64,000 nucleotides of DNA from Anaerolineae bacterium (GTDB taxonomy: Bacteria; Chloroflexota; Anaerolineae; Anaerolineales; UBA4823): assembly GCA_037439525.1 (NCBI GenBank), contig JBBIVW010000003.1:124393-188392 (forward strand), read 5' to 3'. The notes beneath the pieces are model-generated. The model was not told the DNA's origin. It did not search any database and saw only the letters and a list, made by a program, of their open reading frames with translations. Within the stretch, counting starts at the first letter, position 1, and each line of letters begins with the position of its first letter. Shown piece by piece: positions 1 through 10,678 of the stretch. Position numbers and translations under genes: made by a program.

Positions 1-49
1 TTTGCTTATAAACGGGACCAATACCTTCGATTCTTATAATTCGAGCCAT
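1..49 (-). CDS. 5' end of an unassigned gene running off the window edge (partial)
   Basis: The reverse strand reads AGGAGG-AATA-ATG GCT CGA... = MARIIRIEGIGPVYKQ. Only 16 codons are visible. Confidence 0.3.
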   Translation of the reverse strand, partial: MARIIRIEGIGPVYKQ

Positions 50-167
50 TATTCCTCCTATTTCTGAGCATCTCTTTATTATTGATTTTGGACGCCTGTT
101 TCCATGGCAAAAAAGGATGATACACCTGTGATGCTCCTTGTATTATAAACGATTTATACACCTCATC

Positions 168-1265
168 CTAAGCTTTTTGGGGGTTAGCGGTCATGTCCAC
201 TCTGGAGGGTTCCGCGTCCCTAAGGATATCCACAGCAATGAAATCCGGCAAGCAATTGATACGCAGGGGAGGCATTGCTGCGCCGATCCCGCTGCTGACA
301 AACAAATGGGTGTTTTCAATAGAATAATGCCCATGCAGGAAACGCCTACCATATCTGGAGGGCACGACCAATGCGCCGAATGCAGGGAGGCGTACCTGCC
401 CCGCGTGGTAATGTCCCGTAAAAACCATAGGCACCTGATTTCGGACAAAAGTATAGATACGGTCTGCAGAATGAGCCAGGACAAGACGAAGTTCACCTTT
501 TGGCGAATGTTTATCTACTGAAAGCGTCTTGCCCCACGGCGCCTCACAGCCTCCTAAGAGCACACTCTGCTGAGCCGAAATGGTAACCCGCGTCCATGAC
601 CCTCCGATAAAACGAACACCAAAATCCTCTACCGCGCGCTGCACCTCGCGAGCGCAACACCAGTAGTCGTGATTCCCTAAAACAGCGTATATCCCTACAG
701 AGGCACGCAGATTACCAAGAAATTGACTCAATAAAGAGATATGCGACCCCTCTGAAACAAAATCCCCGCCCAATAGAACAATTTGAGGGGATAAAGCATT
801 GACCTCTTCAACGACAGATTGGAAATAACTTATGGGAAGGCGCCGGTTTATATGGAAGTCGCTTAGAAAGACAAGGCGTATGCCCTCATCGGGCATTTCA
901 GGCAAGGTGATTTTATAACGCAAGCTGGCAACCTCTGTGGTGGTTATGGGGTGAAATAAGTTTATGTTGGGAATCCTCGAGTCCGCGCTTGGAGGGTTCC
1001 AGTGCACATGATGAAAAACCACCCGCCGCCTCTCCCCTAAGAGCATGGCTGCAAGGGTGACCAGGACAACGATTCTTCCTAAACCCTGGGGGCTGAGCAA
1101 AGCCAGCCAGAAAAACCCCACCATGGTCATCAATAACATTGGAAGGATGAGGGCAGCTTTCAGGCGGCTACTTTTGAGAAAACTCAAAAGGCGATTGAGC
1201 AGCCAGATAAATGCGCCAAAACCCGCAATTGTCCCTAAAATTCCCCAAACCACCACCATCCACAT
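168..1265 (-). CDS. membrane-anchored metallophosphoesterase (calcineurin-like, YaeI-type)
   Basis: 365-aa ORF with N-terminal TM helices. Phosphoesterase motifs are present: LSDFH, GGDFV, GNHDYW, GHYHAG. Confidence 0.8.
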   Translation of the reverse strand: MWMVVVWGILGTIAGFGAFIWLLNRLLSFLKSSRLKAALILPMLLMTMVGFFWLALLSPQGLGRIVVLVTLAAMLLGERRRVVFHHVHWNPPSADSRIPNINLFHPITTTEVASLRYKITLPEMPDEGIRLVFLSDFHINRRLPISYFQSVVEEVNALSPQIVLLGGDFVSEGSHISLLSQFLGNLRASVGIYAVLGNHDYWCCAREVQRAVEDFGVRFIGGSWTRVTISAQQSVLLGGCEAPWGKTLSVDKHSPKGELRLVLAHSADRIYTFVRNQVPMVFTGHYHAGQVRLPAFGALVVPSRYGRRFLHGHYSIENTHLFVSSGIGAAMPPLRINCLPDFIAVDILRDAEPSRVDMTANPQKA

Positions 1266-1300
1266 TGCCGCGTCGGTGAAAACGTCTGCCTGGGTGCGCT

Positions 1301-2635
1301 TTAGAGACTCAACGGAACACCTGCCTGGCGATTGTACGCATTCCAGGCAGCGGCGTACAGGCGGTTGACAGGTTTGTTGATGGATGTATGCTCAACGTCT
1401 TCAATCCATCGTTGCAATGCAGCCTGCGCCTGAGCAAAACTATCTACCTCCAATCGCTGACGGAGGTCTGCAGGCGCCTGTAATGCCTGGAAGGCCTGGG
1501 TGATGAATCGCCGTTCCAGGTCGTCGCGTTCCTGGCGAAACTTCTCAACCCTGGTGGGGTAATCACTCAAGACCAAGCGATGCAAGTATTCGTGTTTCCA
1601 AAAGAGCGTGTTGGGGTTGTATCTGCCTTGCGGCTCTTCTCCCATATCCGGCAAAGGCACATCCATCCATAGGGGTTTGAAGATCGATATGCACGGCGCG
1701 GCCGTTGCCGTAGCAAAGTGCAGGGGTGAAGTTGGATGCAAAAAAGACACCAGCGATGCTGTAGTCTGAGAAATGCGCACCGGCCCAAATGCAGCATGCA
1801 TACACACATCAGCCCCCGTCAACCCTCGATCAGGTCGCCATCCTCCTGGAGCATCCCGATGATGGCGCAACACAGCGATCACCTCTTCAAGGGTAATACG
1901 CCCCTCTTTTTCTCTGAGGATGTGATGCGTCCTACTGCAACGCTGGCGCCCGGCGCTAAAGGTTGTAAAAATGAAGTCCGAGTAACAGCGGGAGAAATCA
2001 AAGTCCTCTCTTCCTTTGCACCATCCCCGGCTTTGAGCGAAAGAGATGAGATTAGGAGAAGCCAGGTCAAACTGGTTGCCCAATGTCAAGCAATTCGAAA
2101 TCGAATAAACCCCGCTCACGCGGCGTGCAGCCCATTCTTTTCCCACGGTTTCTAACACCCAGGCTTCGCGCGCATCCGCAATGAGGAAAGAATTATGATA
2201 ATAAAGCTTATGTTGGAAGCCACAGTTCCCACCCTGGCCAAATTCCTCCAACAAAGTGGTGATGACCTGAACCGCTTGAGGTGCTGTTTCGGCACGCTCC
2301 AAGCCCAAACGCAACAAATCCATGCCGATCAATGCCGGCTCTTTTTGTGCAGGCACTTTCGAGAAAATCGCTTCGTTACCGATGGCCACGCCGTGTTGAT
2401 TGACGCCCATCTCCGCCCCCCAAATCCAAAATGGCTTGGAAAGGAGCACGGCGTTCGTGTGAGGGACTTGGGGGATTACGATGTACGTACACTTCAACCG
2501 ATCTCCCTTTTTATGTTCCATCTCAGGGAGATAACACAGATGCTGCGCCTCATTGGGGTCACGATCAGAGTTTTTAGCGAAGAGCATCACCCCATCGGCT
2601 GAGGCGTCTGGCGTAACAACGATGGTATCGCACAC
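1301..2635 (-). CDS. Ntn-hydrolase dipeptidase (peptidase C69/secernin-like)
   Basis: 444-aa ORF starting MCDTIVV, with Cys2 as the nucleophile. The following FAKNSDRDPNE is typical of the C69 family. Confidence 0.7.
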   Translation of the reverse strand: MCDTIVVTPDASADGVMLFAKNSDRDPNEAQHLCYLPEMEHKKGDRLKCTYIVIPQVPHTNAVLLSKPFWIWGAEMGVNQHGVAIGNEAIFSKVPAQKEPALIGMDLLRLGLERAETAPQAVQVITTLLEEFGQGGNCGFQHKLYYHNSFLIADAREAWVLETVGKEWAARRVSGVYSISNCLTLGNQFDLASPNLISFAQSRGWCKGREDFDFSRCYSDFIFTTFSAGRQRCSRTHHILREKEGRITLEEVIAVLRHHRDAPGGWRPDRGLTGADVCMHAAFGPVRISQTTASLVSFLHPTSPLHFATATAAPCISIFKPLWMDVPLPDMGEEPQGRYNPNTLFWKHEYLHRLVLSDYPTRVEKFRQERDDLERRFITQAFQALQAPADLRQRLEVDSFAQAQAALQRWIEDVEHTSINKPVNRLYAAAWNAYNRQAGVPLSL

Positions 2636-2689
2636 AAGAAACCTCCTTCAAAGTCAGGATTAGATCTTCTCTTTCGCTCGAATGAACAA

Positions 2690-3574
2690 CTATTCGTTGC
2701 GGGGCAATAACGATTGCGCCTTTTGGATGATCACCGGCATGAGAGCAGAAGAACCCGGAGCCTCCTCTTCAAGCTGAGAAATAGTATAAGGGCCGCTAAA
2801 GGCCACTCGAGGCACCAGGTCGAACTTGCGGGAGAAGAGCATCTGCTGTAACACCTGGAAGATCTCTGCCGTCTGCAACCTTTGTTGTGTATCTTTTAAG
2901 AACCTTTGAAAAGGGTTGCGCCAGGCATTAGGAGAAAGCACGTTGCTCACCATCGCGACCACAACCCGCGTTTGCGGAACTTTACGCATAATGAGCTCAA
3001 CGCTGGGTGACCAACGCATCAAAGCCTGCTCCGCTCCGGGCAAATGAGCTGGATCGGGGTCGAGTTTTCCGCTGGGGTAGATGAGCAATGACTTCCCCTC
3101 GCGCAATTCGCGAATCATACGTCGGATCACCATCATGCGTTCATGGGCGTTTAGGGTGGTAAAAATCAAGTGTTGGCTGGTCGCCGGCAGATTGCGCAAG
3201 AAGTGAATTAACCCACTGGCAATGATGCGAATATCGTTGCGAGGCAGGCTGGCAGTGATGACAAGGCTATCATAAGTGCCCGGATGGTTGGATACAACCA
3301 ATAAGGGACCTTGTCGCGGAATGTCATCATTGCCAGATACCTCAACCCCTCGGATAAAGCTGGGAATGATCTGGCGCATGGCTTCATGAAAACCGCTGGA
3401 AGCCACCAGGTGGTCAAAACGCTCAGCAAGCAAGGCAAAGCGCTGGATGGGCAACCAGAGTAACGGGACAAGCACTTTGCGCAGATAATTGCGAGGAGAC
3501 ATTCCCAGCACTTTAAAAATCTCTTCATAGGCTGCGGCACGCAATTGTCCTGCCAAGGATGGTTTGGATTCCAT
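2690..3574 (-). CDS. lysophospholipid/1-acylglycerol-3-phosphate acyltransferase family protein
   Basis: HxxxxD acyltransferase motif (NHPGTYD) and a downstream PSGK block. I chose the ATG at 3574 because AGAGGTGA lies 9 nt upstream. The maximal ORF starts at GTG 3586. Confidence 0.7.
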   Translation of the reverse strand: MESKPSLAGQLRAAAYEEIFKVLGMSPRNYLRKVLVPLLWLPIQRFALLAERFDHLVASSGFHEAMRQIIPSFIRGVEVSGNDDIPRQGPLLVVSNHPGTYDSLVITASLPRNDIRIIASGLIHFLRNLPATSQHLIFTTLNAHERMMVIRRMIRELREGKSLLIYPSGKLDPDPAHLPGAEQALMRWSPSVELIMRKVPQTRVVVAMVSNVLSPNAWRNPFQRFLKDTQQRLQTAEIFQVLQQMLFSRKFDLVPRVAFSGPYTISQLEEEAPGSSALMPVIIQKAQSLLPRNE

Positions 3575-3782
3575 TTCTACAATCACCTCTTTGCATCTCG
3601 ATGTAAGTAATTTCGCTTGCCCTCATCCCATTATAACCAAGGAATAAACAGAATCGCAGAGCGTTTGCTCAATCGCCACTGATGTGAAAGTGGCACAAAT
3701 CTGGCAACTGCGATTAAGACCATACGTCTCGACCAAGAGATCATAACAATGGCAATTCTTCTAAAAACGTTTGGGAGTCTCG

Positions 3783-4010
3783 ATGAAAAAAGTGCTCATT
3801 AGTTTCATGGTGCTTCTTATCATCATAATCTTCGCTTCACTGGCGTGCAAGACCAGCATCTTAGGCAGTGAAAGCGTGAGAACAGTAAAAATTCAAGCCG
3901 AGGTGCAATCCTTGCTTCAAGAAGCGACGCAAGCAGCACAGATCACCGCCACATTTGGCGCAGAACGTTTTCACCTCCAATTAACGGCAATTGCCGAACA
4001 AGAGCCTTGA
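3783..4010 (+). CDS. small secreted protein or lipoprotein, hypothetical
   Basis: MKKVLISFMVLLIIIIFASLAC is a signal peptide with a lipobox-like Cys. No family was recognised. Confidence 0.35.
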   Translation: MKKVLISFMVLLIIIIFASLACKTSILGSESVRTVKIQAEVQSLLQEATQAAQITATFGAERFHLQLTAIAEQEP

Positions 4011-4028
4011 CTTCGGAGTTTCATTATC

Positions 4029-5150
4029 TTACGGGGCGAGGCCCCATAATCGAATGCTCCCATCCAATCCACCAGAGGCAAGGAGCTCTCCTCCCGGGGC
4101 AAAGGCAACGCTACATACGCCCCGTTCATGGCCTTTCAAAATGGATGCAATGGAAAAGGTATCCATATCCCACAGAATCACCCTCCCATCCCCACCAGCA
4201 GAAGCCAATAAACTGCCATCTGCATTGAAAGCCACGCTCCATACCAAACTGCGATAAGTGCCATCCTTGCCTAAATGCCCCACTAAAAAGCGTGGTTCAA
4301 TGGTTCGCTCTTGTCCACTTCGGTAAGCCTGGTCCAGGCTCCAAATAGCCACGCGATTGTGGATGTCCCCCGCGGCCAGGAGATCTTGCATGGGATGGTA
4401 GGCAAGGCTATAAAACCAAGTCGCATAGCGAAATGTGCCCACGATATTACCCGCCTCTGCATCGCGCAGACGGATGACGTCGCCATTCACTAACGCCAAA
4501 GAATTCATCCGAGGGATGAACATAGCCGCGGGGACTGCGTACGTTCCTCCAATGATCTGTTGTAGAAGTTCTCCGCTTAGCGGTTGCCAAAGGCGCACAA
4601 CGGCGTCATTTCCACCGGTGATCAAGATGTCCTCAAGGGGGCTAAAAACCAACGTATTGACCCCCTTTCGGTGCGCCTGATATTCAGCCATTTGGATCAT
4701 TGAAACGGTGCCTTCTAGGGTCTCCTGCACCTGCCAAATGCGCACTAAGCCATCCTGACTACCCAAAGCCAACAGATTCCCCTGTGTGTTGAAGGCAAGT
4801 CCGCGGGAAAATGCGCCAATCTCGATGGATTGAACCACCTCCAGGCTATCAGCTTCCAGCAAAACCAAACGTACCCCTACGCTGGCTGCCAGGAATGTAC
4901 CATCTGGCGACCAGGCGAGCGCCAAAACCAATTCCCAGGGGTTGAATGTGAGGCTGTGCAACTCTTGTACATGCGCTGCATTTTCGGGAGTGATGGCGGT
5001 GATCTGGGCGGGAAACAAAGCGCGCCATTGCCCGCCGGTGAAAATTCCGGCAGAAAACGGCCTGAACGCGAATACACCCAGGCTGAACAAAGTGAGCCAG
5101 ATATACCAGCGCGCCAAGCCTCGCCTGGTTTTCAAGGCCAGAGACCCCAT
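4029..5150 (-). CDS. WD40-repeat beta-propeller protein with N-terminal TM anchor
   Basis: Repeated blocks of the form ...SVAFxPDGxxLASGxxDGxIRLW... I chose the internal ATG at 5150 (MGSLALKT). The maximal ORF extends to 5276 and would overlap the upstream gene by 145 nt. Confidence 0.8.
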   Translation of the reverse strand: MGSLALKTRRGLARWYIWLTLFSLGVFAFRPFSAGIFTGGQWRALFPAQITAITPENAAHVQELHSLTFNPWELVLALAWSPDGTFLAASVGVRLVLLEADSLEVVQSIEIGAFSRGLAFNTQGNLLALGSQDGLVRIWQVQETLEGTVSMIQMAEYQAHRKGVNTLVFSPLEDILITGGNDAVVRLWQPLSGELLQQIIGGTYAVPAAMFIPRMNSLALVNGDVIRLRDAEAGNIVGTFRYATWFYSLAYHPMQDLLAAGDIHNRVAIWSLDQAYRSGQERTIEPRFLVGHLGKDGTYRSLVWSVAFNADGSLLASAGGDGRVILWDMDTFSIASILKGHERGVCSVAFAPGGELLASGGLDGSIRLWGLAP

Positions 5151-6349
5151 ACGCGCATCATGCCATCGTAAGAGGCGCTTACCAAATAATCCCCATGCGG
5201 AGAAAAGAGCAGGCGCGTTACACCAGCCTGATGCCCTTCCAAATGCCTTAGCAATTGACCACTGGCAACTTCCCAAATTTGCACCGCGCTGGAGCTAAAG
5301 CTGCTCCCGCTGGCGATTAGCGAGCCATCCGGGCTGAAAGCCAGGCACTCGACTACGCCCTGAGCCTGAAACTCTACCAACATCTCGCCGTTATCCATAT
5401 TCCAAAGGCGCACCATGCCATCATAGTGCCCACTGGCAAGGTAGTTCCCGAAAGGCGAAAAAGCCAGCGCGCTCACCGCTCCGGTGAACGAGGTGGGGAA
5501 ATTCCACAACCACTCGCCATCCTTCAAGTCCCATACCCTGATGGCATAGCGATCAGGTGAGGCAGCAAAAAACCTGCCATCGGGCGAGAATGCAATTTGG
5601 ATCGCGGATTCCAGTTGCAAGGTTCGGGTAATTTGCCAACGGCTGGATATCCAAAAGTCAACGATGCTTGGCGCGGGGAGCTGGCCAGGATAGGCCACAG
5701 CCAGCACCGCGCCATCCGCTGAAAACGCCAAGGCGCTCAAACCTTGAGGGACATCGTACATGATCCCACGAGGTTTCCAGTCGGGCCCCTGCCAGAGTTC
5801 CAGCTTGCTGATGTAACGGTCGCCTTCAATGGTTTGACGGCTGCCGACAACCAACCATTTTCCATCTGGGCTGAATGCCAGGTCTACAATTCCGTTAGCC
5901 TGAGGATACAAAGAGCGCAACACGCGGCGAGAAAGCACATCGTACAACGCGATTGTGGAGTCTCCCGCCACTGCCAGGGTAAAGCCATCTGCGGTCCACT
6001 CCATATCGCGTACCGCTTCATACTGCCATGAGGCAAGGGCGCTAACCTGGTCAGCGTTCTGAATAGTGATGTGTGGCAAAGTGCCTGGCAAGGGGGTGCC
6101 TTCAAGAGCAAACAGCGTCGGTGTGGGGGTCAAGGTATGGGTGGCAGTGGGGGTAAGTGTGGGTGTGTTTGTAGGAATGTGGGTAAAAGTGGCCGAGGGC
6201 AAAACGGGGAGCATTGTCGATGAGGGGAAGTGCTCCATAGCCGTTGGGGTTGAAGAAAGTGCTCTAGACCCACACCCCCCTATGAAGGCAGAGGCGAAGC
6301 AAACAGCCAGGAACAAAAGGAGTCTAGGTAAATGGTGGTCAGCCTTCAT
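5132..6349 (-). CDS. WD40-repeat beta-propeller lipoprotein
   Basis: Signal peptide with lipobox (FIGGCGS), a Thr/Pro-rich linker (PTNTPTLTPTATHTLTPTPT), then WD40 repeats (LAFSPDG...DGxVRLW). Confidence 0.8.
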   Translation of the reverse strand: MKADHHLPRLLLFLAVCFASAFIGGCGSRALSSTPTAMEHFPSSTMLPVLPSATFTHIPTNTPTLTPTATHTLTPTPTLFALEGTPLPGTLPHITIQNADQVSALASWQYEAVRDMEWTADGFTLAVAGDSTIALYDVLSRRVLRSLYPQANGIVDLAFSPDGKWLVVGSRQTIEGDRYISKLELWQGPDWKPRGIMYDVPQGLSALAFSADGAVLAVAYPGQLPAPSIVDFWISSRWQITRTLQLESAIQIAFSPDGRFFAASPDRYAIRVWDLKDGEWLWNFPTSFTGAVSALAFSPFGNYLASGHYDGMVRLWNMDNGEMLVEFQAQGVVECLAFSPDGSLIASGSSFSSSAVQIWEVASGQLLRHLEGHQAGVTRLLFSPHGDYLVSASYDGMMRVWGLWP

Positions 6350-6607
6350 GGATACCTTGTTTTCCTTATCTATTTTACTTTACTAAGCCCAGGTGCTGTT
6401 TCGGGCAACCGCATCTATAAACTTCCCATTTATTTGTCTTTGCAAAGCGTTAAACAACAAAACGCCATGTGGGTTATAATGAGCGCGCTTTTGAAGGCTT
6501 ATGTTTGCCATCGCAGTGATATGGCGAGATCATAGAGCAAAACCGAAGAAAGGTGCTAAAATAGCGAAAAGGATTTGTCCAAAACAACCATGTCTTGAAA
6601 TCTGCCC

Positions 6608-7843
6608 ATGCCTAAAGACCGAGGCGTGACACGCAGATCACGGTTACACAATCTTACGCTTATGGCTCAAGAAACCAACACCCCACAAGACCCGGCGGAA
6701 CACGAAACTCCGCAGGCATCCGAGCAAACTAGAAGAAAACGCGCGGGTATTGTCATCCAAAAAATCGGCTTAGTGCTGATCAGCGCAGGGTTTCTCGGCC
6801 TGATCCTCTTCGTCGTATGGGAGCGGTACCTGCCTGCGCACGTGAAAGCGGCGCTCCACCCAGACGCCGAAGAAGCGGTCGCGTTCGCAGGGGGAGGCGC
6901 GTATGCCACCGCCACCGCAGAACCGCCCCTGGTGGCGCTTTCACCGCTAGCCACACCCTCCTCGCTGCTTCAATACGGGATATCGCGCAATATCGATTTC
7001 AAGACGATCATCCCCTCTCGCCCAAGGGTGGAAGTAATCACATATACCGTTCAACCCGGAGATACTCTGTTTAGCATTGCGCTGAAATTTGGGCTGAAGC
7101 CAGAGACGGTGCTGTGGGGGAACTTCGAAGTATTGGAAGACAATCCACATCTATTGAAACCCAACCAGGTTCTCAACATCTTGCCAGTGGATGGAACATA
7201 TTACCAATGGAAAGAAGGGGACAACCTGAACGATATTGCCGCGTTCTTCAAAGTCGAACCCGAAGCCATCCTCAACTATCCGGGAAACCATTTCGACCTC
7301 ACCGAAGTGCTCAACGGCGAAATCAACATCACCCCAGGCACATGGCTGATCGTTCCCGGAGGGAAACGCGCCATCAAAGACTGGGGGCCGCCTGCGATTA
7401 CGCGGCAAAACCCGGCTTCGGCGCGCTATTATGGAGAAGGACACTGCGGTGACGTTTACGAAGGCGCCTATGGCACCGGTACCTTTATCTGGCCAACCAC
7501 GGAGCGCACGCTCTCTGGCTACACCTATGATCCAGGCGTACACCCGGCAATCGACATTGGGGGGCAAGAAGGCAATCCGGTGTATGCTTCCGATAGCGGT
7601 GTAGTGGTATATGCCGGATGGAGCAATTATGGCTATGGCTATCTGATCGTCATCGATCATGGAAACGGTTGGCAAACGGCATACGCCCACCTGAGCGCAG
7701 TGGCAGTAAGTTGTGGTCAAAGTGTGTATCAGGGCGGCTACATCGGAGCACTGGGGAGCACAGGCAACTCTAGCGGACCCCACCTGCATTTCGAGATGGT
7801 CTATAATGGCGTCAAAGTCAACCCATTAGATTACTTACGCTAA
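6608..7843 (+). CDS. LysM-domain M23 family metallopeptidase (peptidoglycan endopeptidase)
   Basis: TM anchor and two LysM-like segments (YTVQPGDTLFSIALKFG; WKEGDNLNDIAAFF). M23 motifs HPAIDIGG and GPHLHFEM are present. The start is uncertain (alternative ATG at 6662). Confidence 0.85.
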   Translation: MPKDRGVTRRSRLHNLTLMAQETNTPQDPAEHETPQASEQTRRKRAGIVIQKIGLVLISAGFLGLILFVVWERYLPAHVKAALHPDAEEAVAFAGGGAYATATAEPPLVALSPLATPSSLLQYGISRNIDFKTIIPSRPRVEVITYTVQPGDTLFSIALKFGLKPETVLWGNFEVLEDNPHLLKPNQVLNILPVDGTYYQWKEGDNLNDIAAFFKVEPEAILNYPGNHFDLTEVLNGEINITPGTWLIVPGGKRAIKDWGPPAITRQNPASARYYGEGHCGDVYEGAYGTGTFIWPTTERTLSGYTYDPGVHPAIDIGGQEGNPVYASDSGVVVYAGWSNYGYGYLIVIDHGNGWQTAYAHLSAVAVSCGQSVYQGGYIGALGSTGNSSGPHLHFEMVYNGVKVNPLDYLR

Positions 7844-7870
7844 GCCACCCCAAGAAAAGACCCGCATCTC

Positions 7871-7912
7871 ACAGACCTGTAAGGGGAAAGCCACCCTCAG
7901 GTCTGTTTTTTC
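7871..7912 (+). terminator. intrinsic terminator after the M23 peptidase gene
   Basis: ACAGACCTG (7871-7879) pairs with CAGGTCTGT (7898-7906) and is followed by a T6 run. Confidence 0.6.
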
Positions 7913-8060
7913 TGCTTATGGGGACAGGCGATGGGTTTTTAGGGCATCTTGGGCATCCATCGTGTAGATTATAATCACTGCAAAATCAATGGATCGTATC
8001 CCTCAGTATCCGCAAAAAGACGAAAGAGGAAACAAGAGTGTACCGACTATGGAGGCGAGC

Positions 8061-8546
8061 ATGAAGCTGACCACTGTAAGTATCGAGAAGCCAGAAACGA
8101 TCAACTTCATTTTGGGTCAAACTCACTTCATCAAATCTGTCGAAGATATTCATGAAGCGATGGTCACCAGCGTTCCGGGCATCAAGTTTGGCTTGGCGTT
8201 CTGCGAGGCTTCGGGAAAGTGCCTGATTCGCGCCAGCGGAACAGACGAAGCAATGATCGCCCTGGCGAAAAAGAATGCTGAACAAATCGCAGCAGGACAC
8301 ACCTTTATCCTGTTTTTAGGAGAGGGCTACTACCCCATCAACGTGCTGAATACGATAAAACTCGTTCCCGAGGTGTGCCACATATTTTGCGCCACAGCCA
8401 ATCCCACCAAAGTGATCGTTGCTGAAGACGAACAAGGTCGAGGTGTGCTGGGGGTGATCGATGGTTTTCCACCCAAAGGCGTCGAAGACGAGGAAGGCGT
8501 TGCCTGGCGTAAAGGATTCTTAAGGATGATCGGTTATAAGGCTTGA
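8061..8546 (+). CDS. adenosine-specific kinase family protein (PF04008-like)
   Basis: About 161 aa beginning MKLTTVSIEKPE...NFILGQTHFIKSVEDIHEA, matching my recollection of the small Adenosine_kin family. GGAGG lies 6 nt upstream of the ATG at 8061. The maximal ORF starts at 7989. Confidence 0.6.
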   Translation: MKLTTVSIEKPETINFILGQTHFIKSVEDIHEAMVTSVPGIKFGLAFCEASGKCLIRASGTDEAMIALAKKNAEQIAAGHTFILFLGEGYYPINVLNTIKLVPEVCHIFCATANPTKVIVAEDEQGRGVLGVIDGFPPKGVEDEEGVAWRKGFLRMIGYKA

Positions 8547-8550
8547 ACGA

Positions 8551-9633
8551 ATGACGAAGAAGACCGAAGGAGTCCTTCCAGTTGGCAAGTTGCCTGTAGA
8601 GCTACTAAAAGAAATCCTTGCAGAGGCACCAACGAACGATGCGCGCCTGTTATTGGGACCGGGAATTGGACTTGACTGCGCGGTAGTCGAACCAGGGCAT
8701 GAGCTGTTGGTGTTCAAGACTGACCCAATCACTTTTGCCACCCACGAGATCGGATGGTATGCTGTGCAGGTGAATGCCAATGACATTGCCACCTGCGGAG
8801 CGATACCTCGATGGATGCTGATAACCCTGCTCTTACCCGAAAAGCATGCCACTCCGACATTCGCCAAGGCGATCTTTGACCAAATCTATCGCGCCTGTCG
8901 CCAGATGAATGTCACTGTAATTGGAGGGCACACAGAGATCACTGCCTCGTTCGAGCGCCCGATTGTCATTGGCACCATGATTGGCGAAGTAGCGCATGAC
9001 CAGTTCGTCCACCCTGGCAAAGTTCGAGCCGATGATCACTTGCTACTCACTAAGGGGGTACCCATCGAAGCCACCGGACTGCTCGCCAGGGAGTTTCCCG
9101 ACCGTCTCCTAGGAAAAACTACCTCGATCCAGAATCCTCCCGGATTTACAGCCTATCTCACAGCTGAAGAAGTCGAAGAAGCACAAAATTTCATTTACAG
9201 TCCTGGTATTGGTGTGCTTACCGAAGCTCAGATCGCGATCACCTGCGGCGGAGTACATGCCATGCACGATCCCACAGAAGGAGGGTTATACGCCGCGGTG
9301 TGGGAGTTTGCCGAAGCCAGCCAGCACTCTATGGCTATCGAGATCGATAAAGTGCCGGTGTTCCCTTTGTCTGAAAAAATTTGCCACCTGCTCGGTTTAG
9401 ACCCTCTAGGGGCAATCGCTTCGGGTGCCTTGCTCCTGGCAGTAGCCGAAGAGCAATCCTCGTCCGTACAAAGCGCAATAACCCGCGCGGGCATCCTTTG
9501 CGCCGACATCGGGCGCGTGTTAGAGCCATCGAACACACCCCAGGCTTACGCGATCCGTGCCGATGGACGACAGAATAAGCTGCCGTGCCCCGAACGGGAT
9601 GAAATTGCCCGACTCTACGAGAGTCTCTCATGA
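8551..9633 (+). CDS. AIR synthase-related protein (PurM/ThiL/HypE superfamily)
   Basis: 360 aa with DCAV...TDPITF...NDIATCGA...IGGHTE blocks typical of the ATP-binding PurM-like fold. Confidence 0.75.
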   Translation: MTKKTEGVLPVGKLPVELLKEILAEAPTNDARLLLGPGIGLDCAVVEPGHELLVFKTDPITFATHEIGWYAVQVNANDIATCGAIPRWMLITLLLPEKHATPTFAKAIFDQIYRACRQMNVTVIGGHTEITASFERPIVIGTMIGEVAHDQFVHPGKVRADDHLLLTKGVPIEATGLLAREFPDRLLGKTTSIQNPPGFTAYLTAEEVEEAQNFIYSPGIGVLTEAQIAITCGGVHAMHDPTEGGLYAAVWEFAEASQHSMAIEIDKVPVFPLSEKICHLLGLDPLGAIASGALLLAVAEEQSSSVQSAITRAGILCADIGRVLEPSNTPQAYAIRADGRQNKLPCPERDEIARLYESLS

Positions 9634-10661
9634 ATAGAAAAATGCACGTTTTAGTCACCGGAGGTGCAGGTTATATTGGCAGCCATACTTGTGTTGAGCT
9701 GCTTCAGGCCGGGTATGATGTTACCGTGATAGACAATTTATGCAATAGCAAGTATGAAGCACTGCGCCGTGTTCAAAGCCTGACTGGGAAAAAGCTCGAC
9801 TTTTTTCAAGTGGATTTGCTGGAGTATGAAGCTCTAAAACCGATCTTCGCTTCGCGCTCGTTTGACGCAGTCATCCACTTCGCCGGGTTAAAAGCAGTGG
9901 GAGAATCCGTCCTGGTCCCCTTGAATTACTACCACAATAACCTGGTGGGGACGATCAACTTATGCCGCCTGATGGCAGACCATGCGGTCAAAAACCTGGT
10001 GTTCAGCTCTTCGGCCACTGTGTATGGAGACGCAGCGCAGGTGCCGATTCCAGAAACCTTTCCCTGCAATCCTACCAGCCCTTATGGACGCACTAAATGG
10101 ATGATTGAGATGATCCTGCAGGATATCTACCGCGCAGACAACACCTGGAACATCATCTTGCTGCGGTATTTCAATCCAGTAGGGGCTCATCCCAGTGGAG
10201 CAATCGGCGAAGATCCTCAAGACATCCCCAACAACTTAATGCCTTATATTTCTCAGGTGGCGATTGGTCGCCTGGCTGAGCTCAAAGTGTATGGCAACGA
10301 CTACCCAACGCCAGACGGCACGGGCGTGCGCGATTACATTCATGTTGTTGACCTGGCTTTAGGGCATATTAAAGCCTTGGAGAAGATGAAAGAGAATCCA
10401 GGGATAGAAATCTACAACCTCGGCACCAATCGTGGACATAGTGTGCTGGAAGTCATTGCCGCCTTTGAGAAAGTTAGTGGGAGGAAAATCCCCTATCGCA
10501 TCGCCGCAAGAAGGCCAGGGGATATCGCCATAAGCTACGCCGATGCCGGCAAGGCAAACCGCGAGCTTAACTGGAGTTGCACCAGAAGCCTGGAAGATAT
10601 GTGCGCGGACACCTGGAACTGGCAATCCAAGAACCCCTGGGGTTATTCCGATTCTCATTGA
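9630..10661 (+). CDS. galE: UDP-glucose 4-epimerase
   Basis: [13 protein letters not shown] Rossmann motif, YGRTK catalytic YxxxK, and full-length resemblance to GalE. The start is coupled by a 4-nt ATGA overlap with the upstream gene. Confidence 0.9.
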   Translation: MNRKMHVLVTGGAGYIGSHTCVELLQAGYDVTVIDNLCNSKYEALRRVQSLTGKKLDFFQVDLLEYEALKPIFASRSFDAVIHFAGLKAVGESVLVPLNYYHNNLVGTINLCRLMADHAVKNLVFSSSATVYGDAAQVPIPETFPCNPTSPYGRTKWMIEMILQDIYRADNTWNIILLRYFNPVGAHPSGAIGEDPQDIPNNLMPYISQVAIGRLAELKVYGNDYPTPDGTGVRDYIHVVDLALGHIKALEKMKENPGIEIYNLGTNRGHSVLEVIAAFEKVSGRKIPYRIAARRPGDIAISYADAGKANRELNWSCTRSLEDMCADTWNWQSKNPWGYSDSH

Positions 10662-10678
10662 AACGAAAGGGATCATTT

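Noticed and set aside
7151-7789. 212-aa minus-strand ORF
   Set aside because: It is antisense to the LysM-M23 peptidase gene, which has strong motifs.
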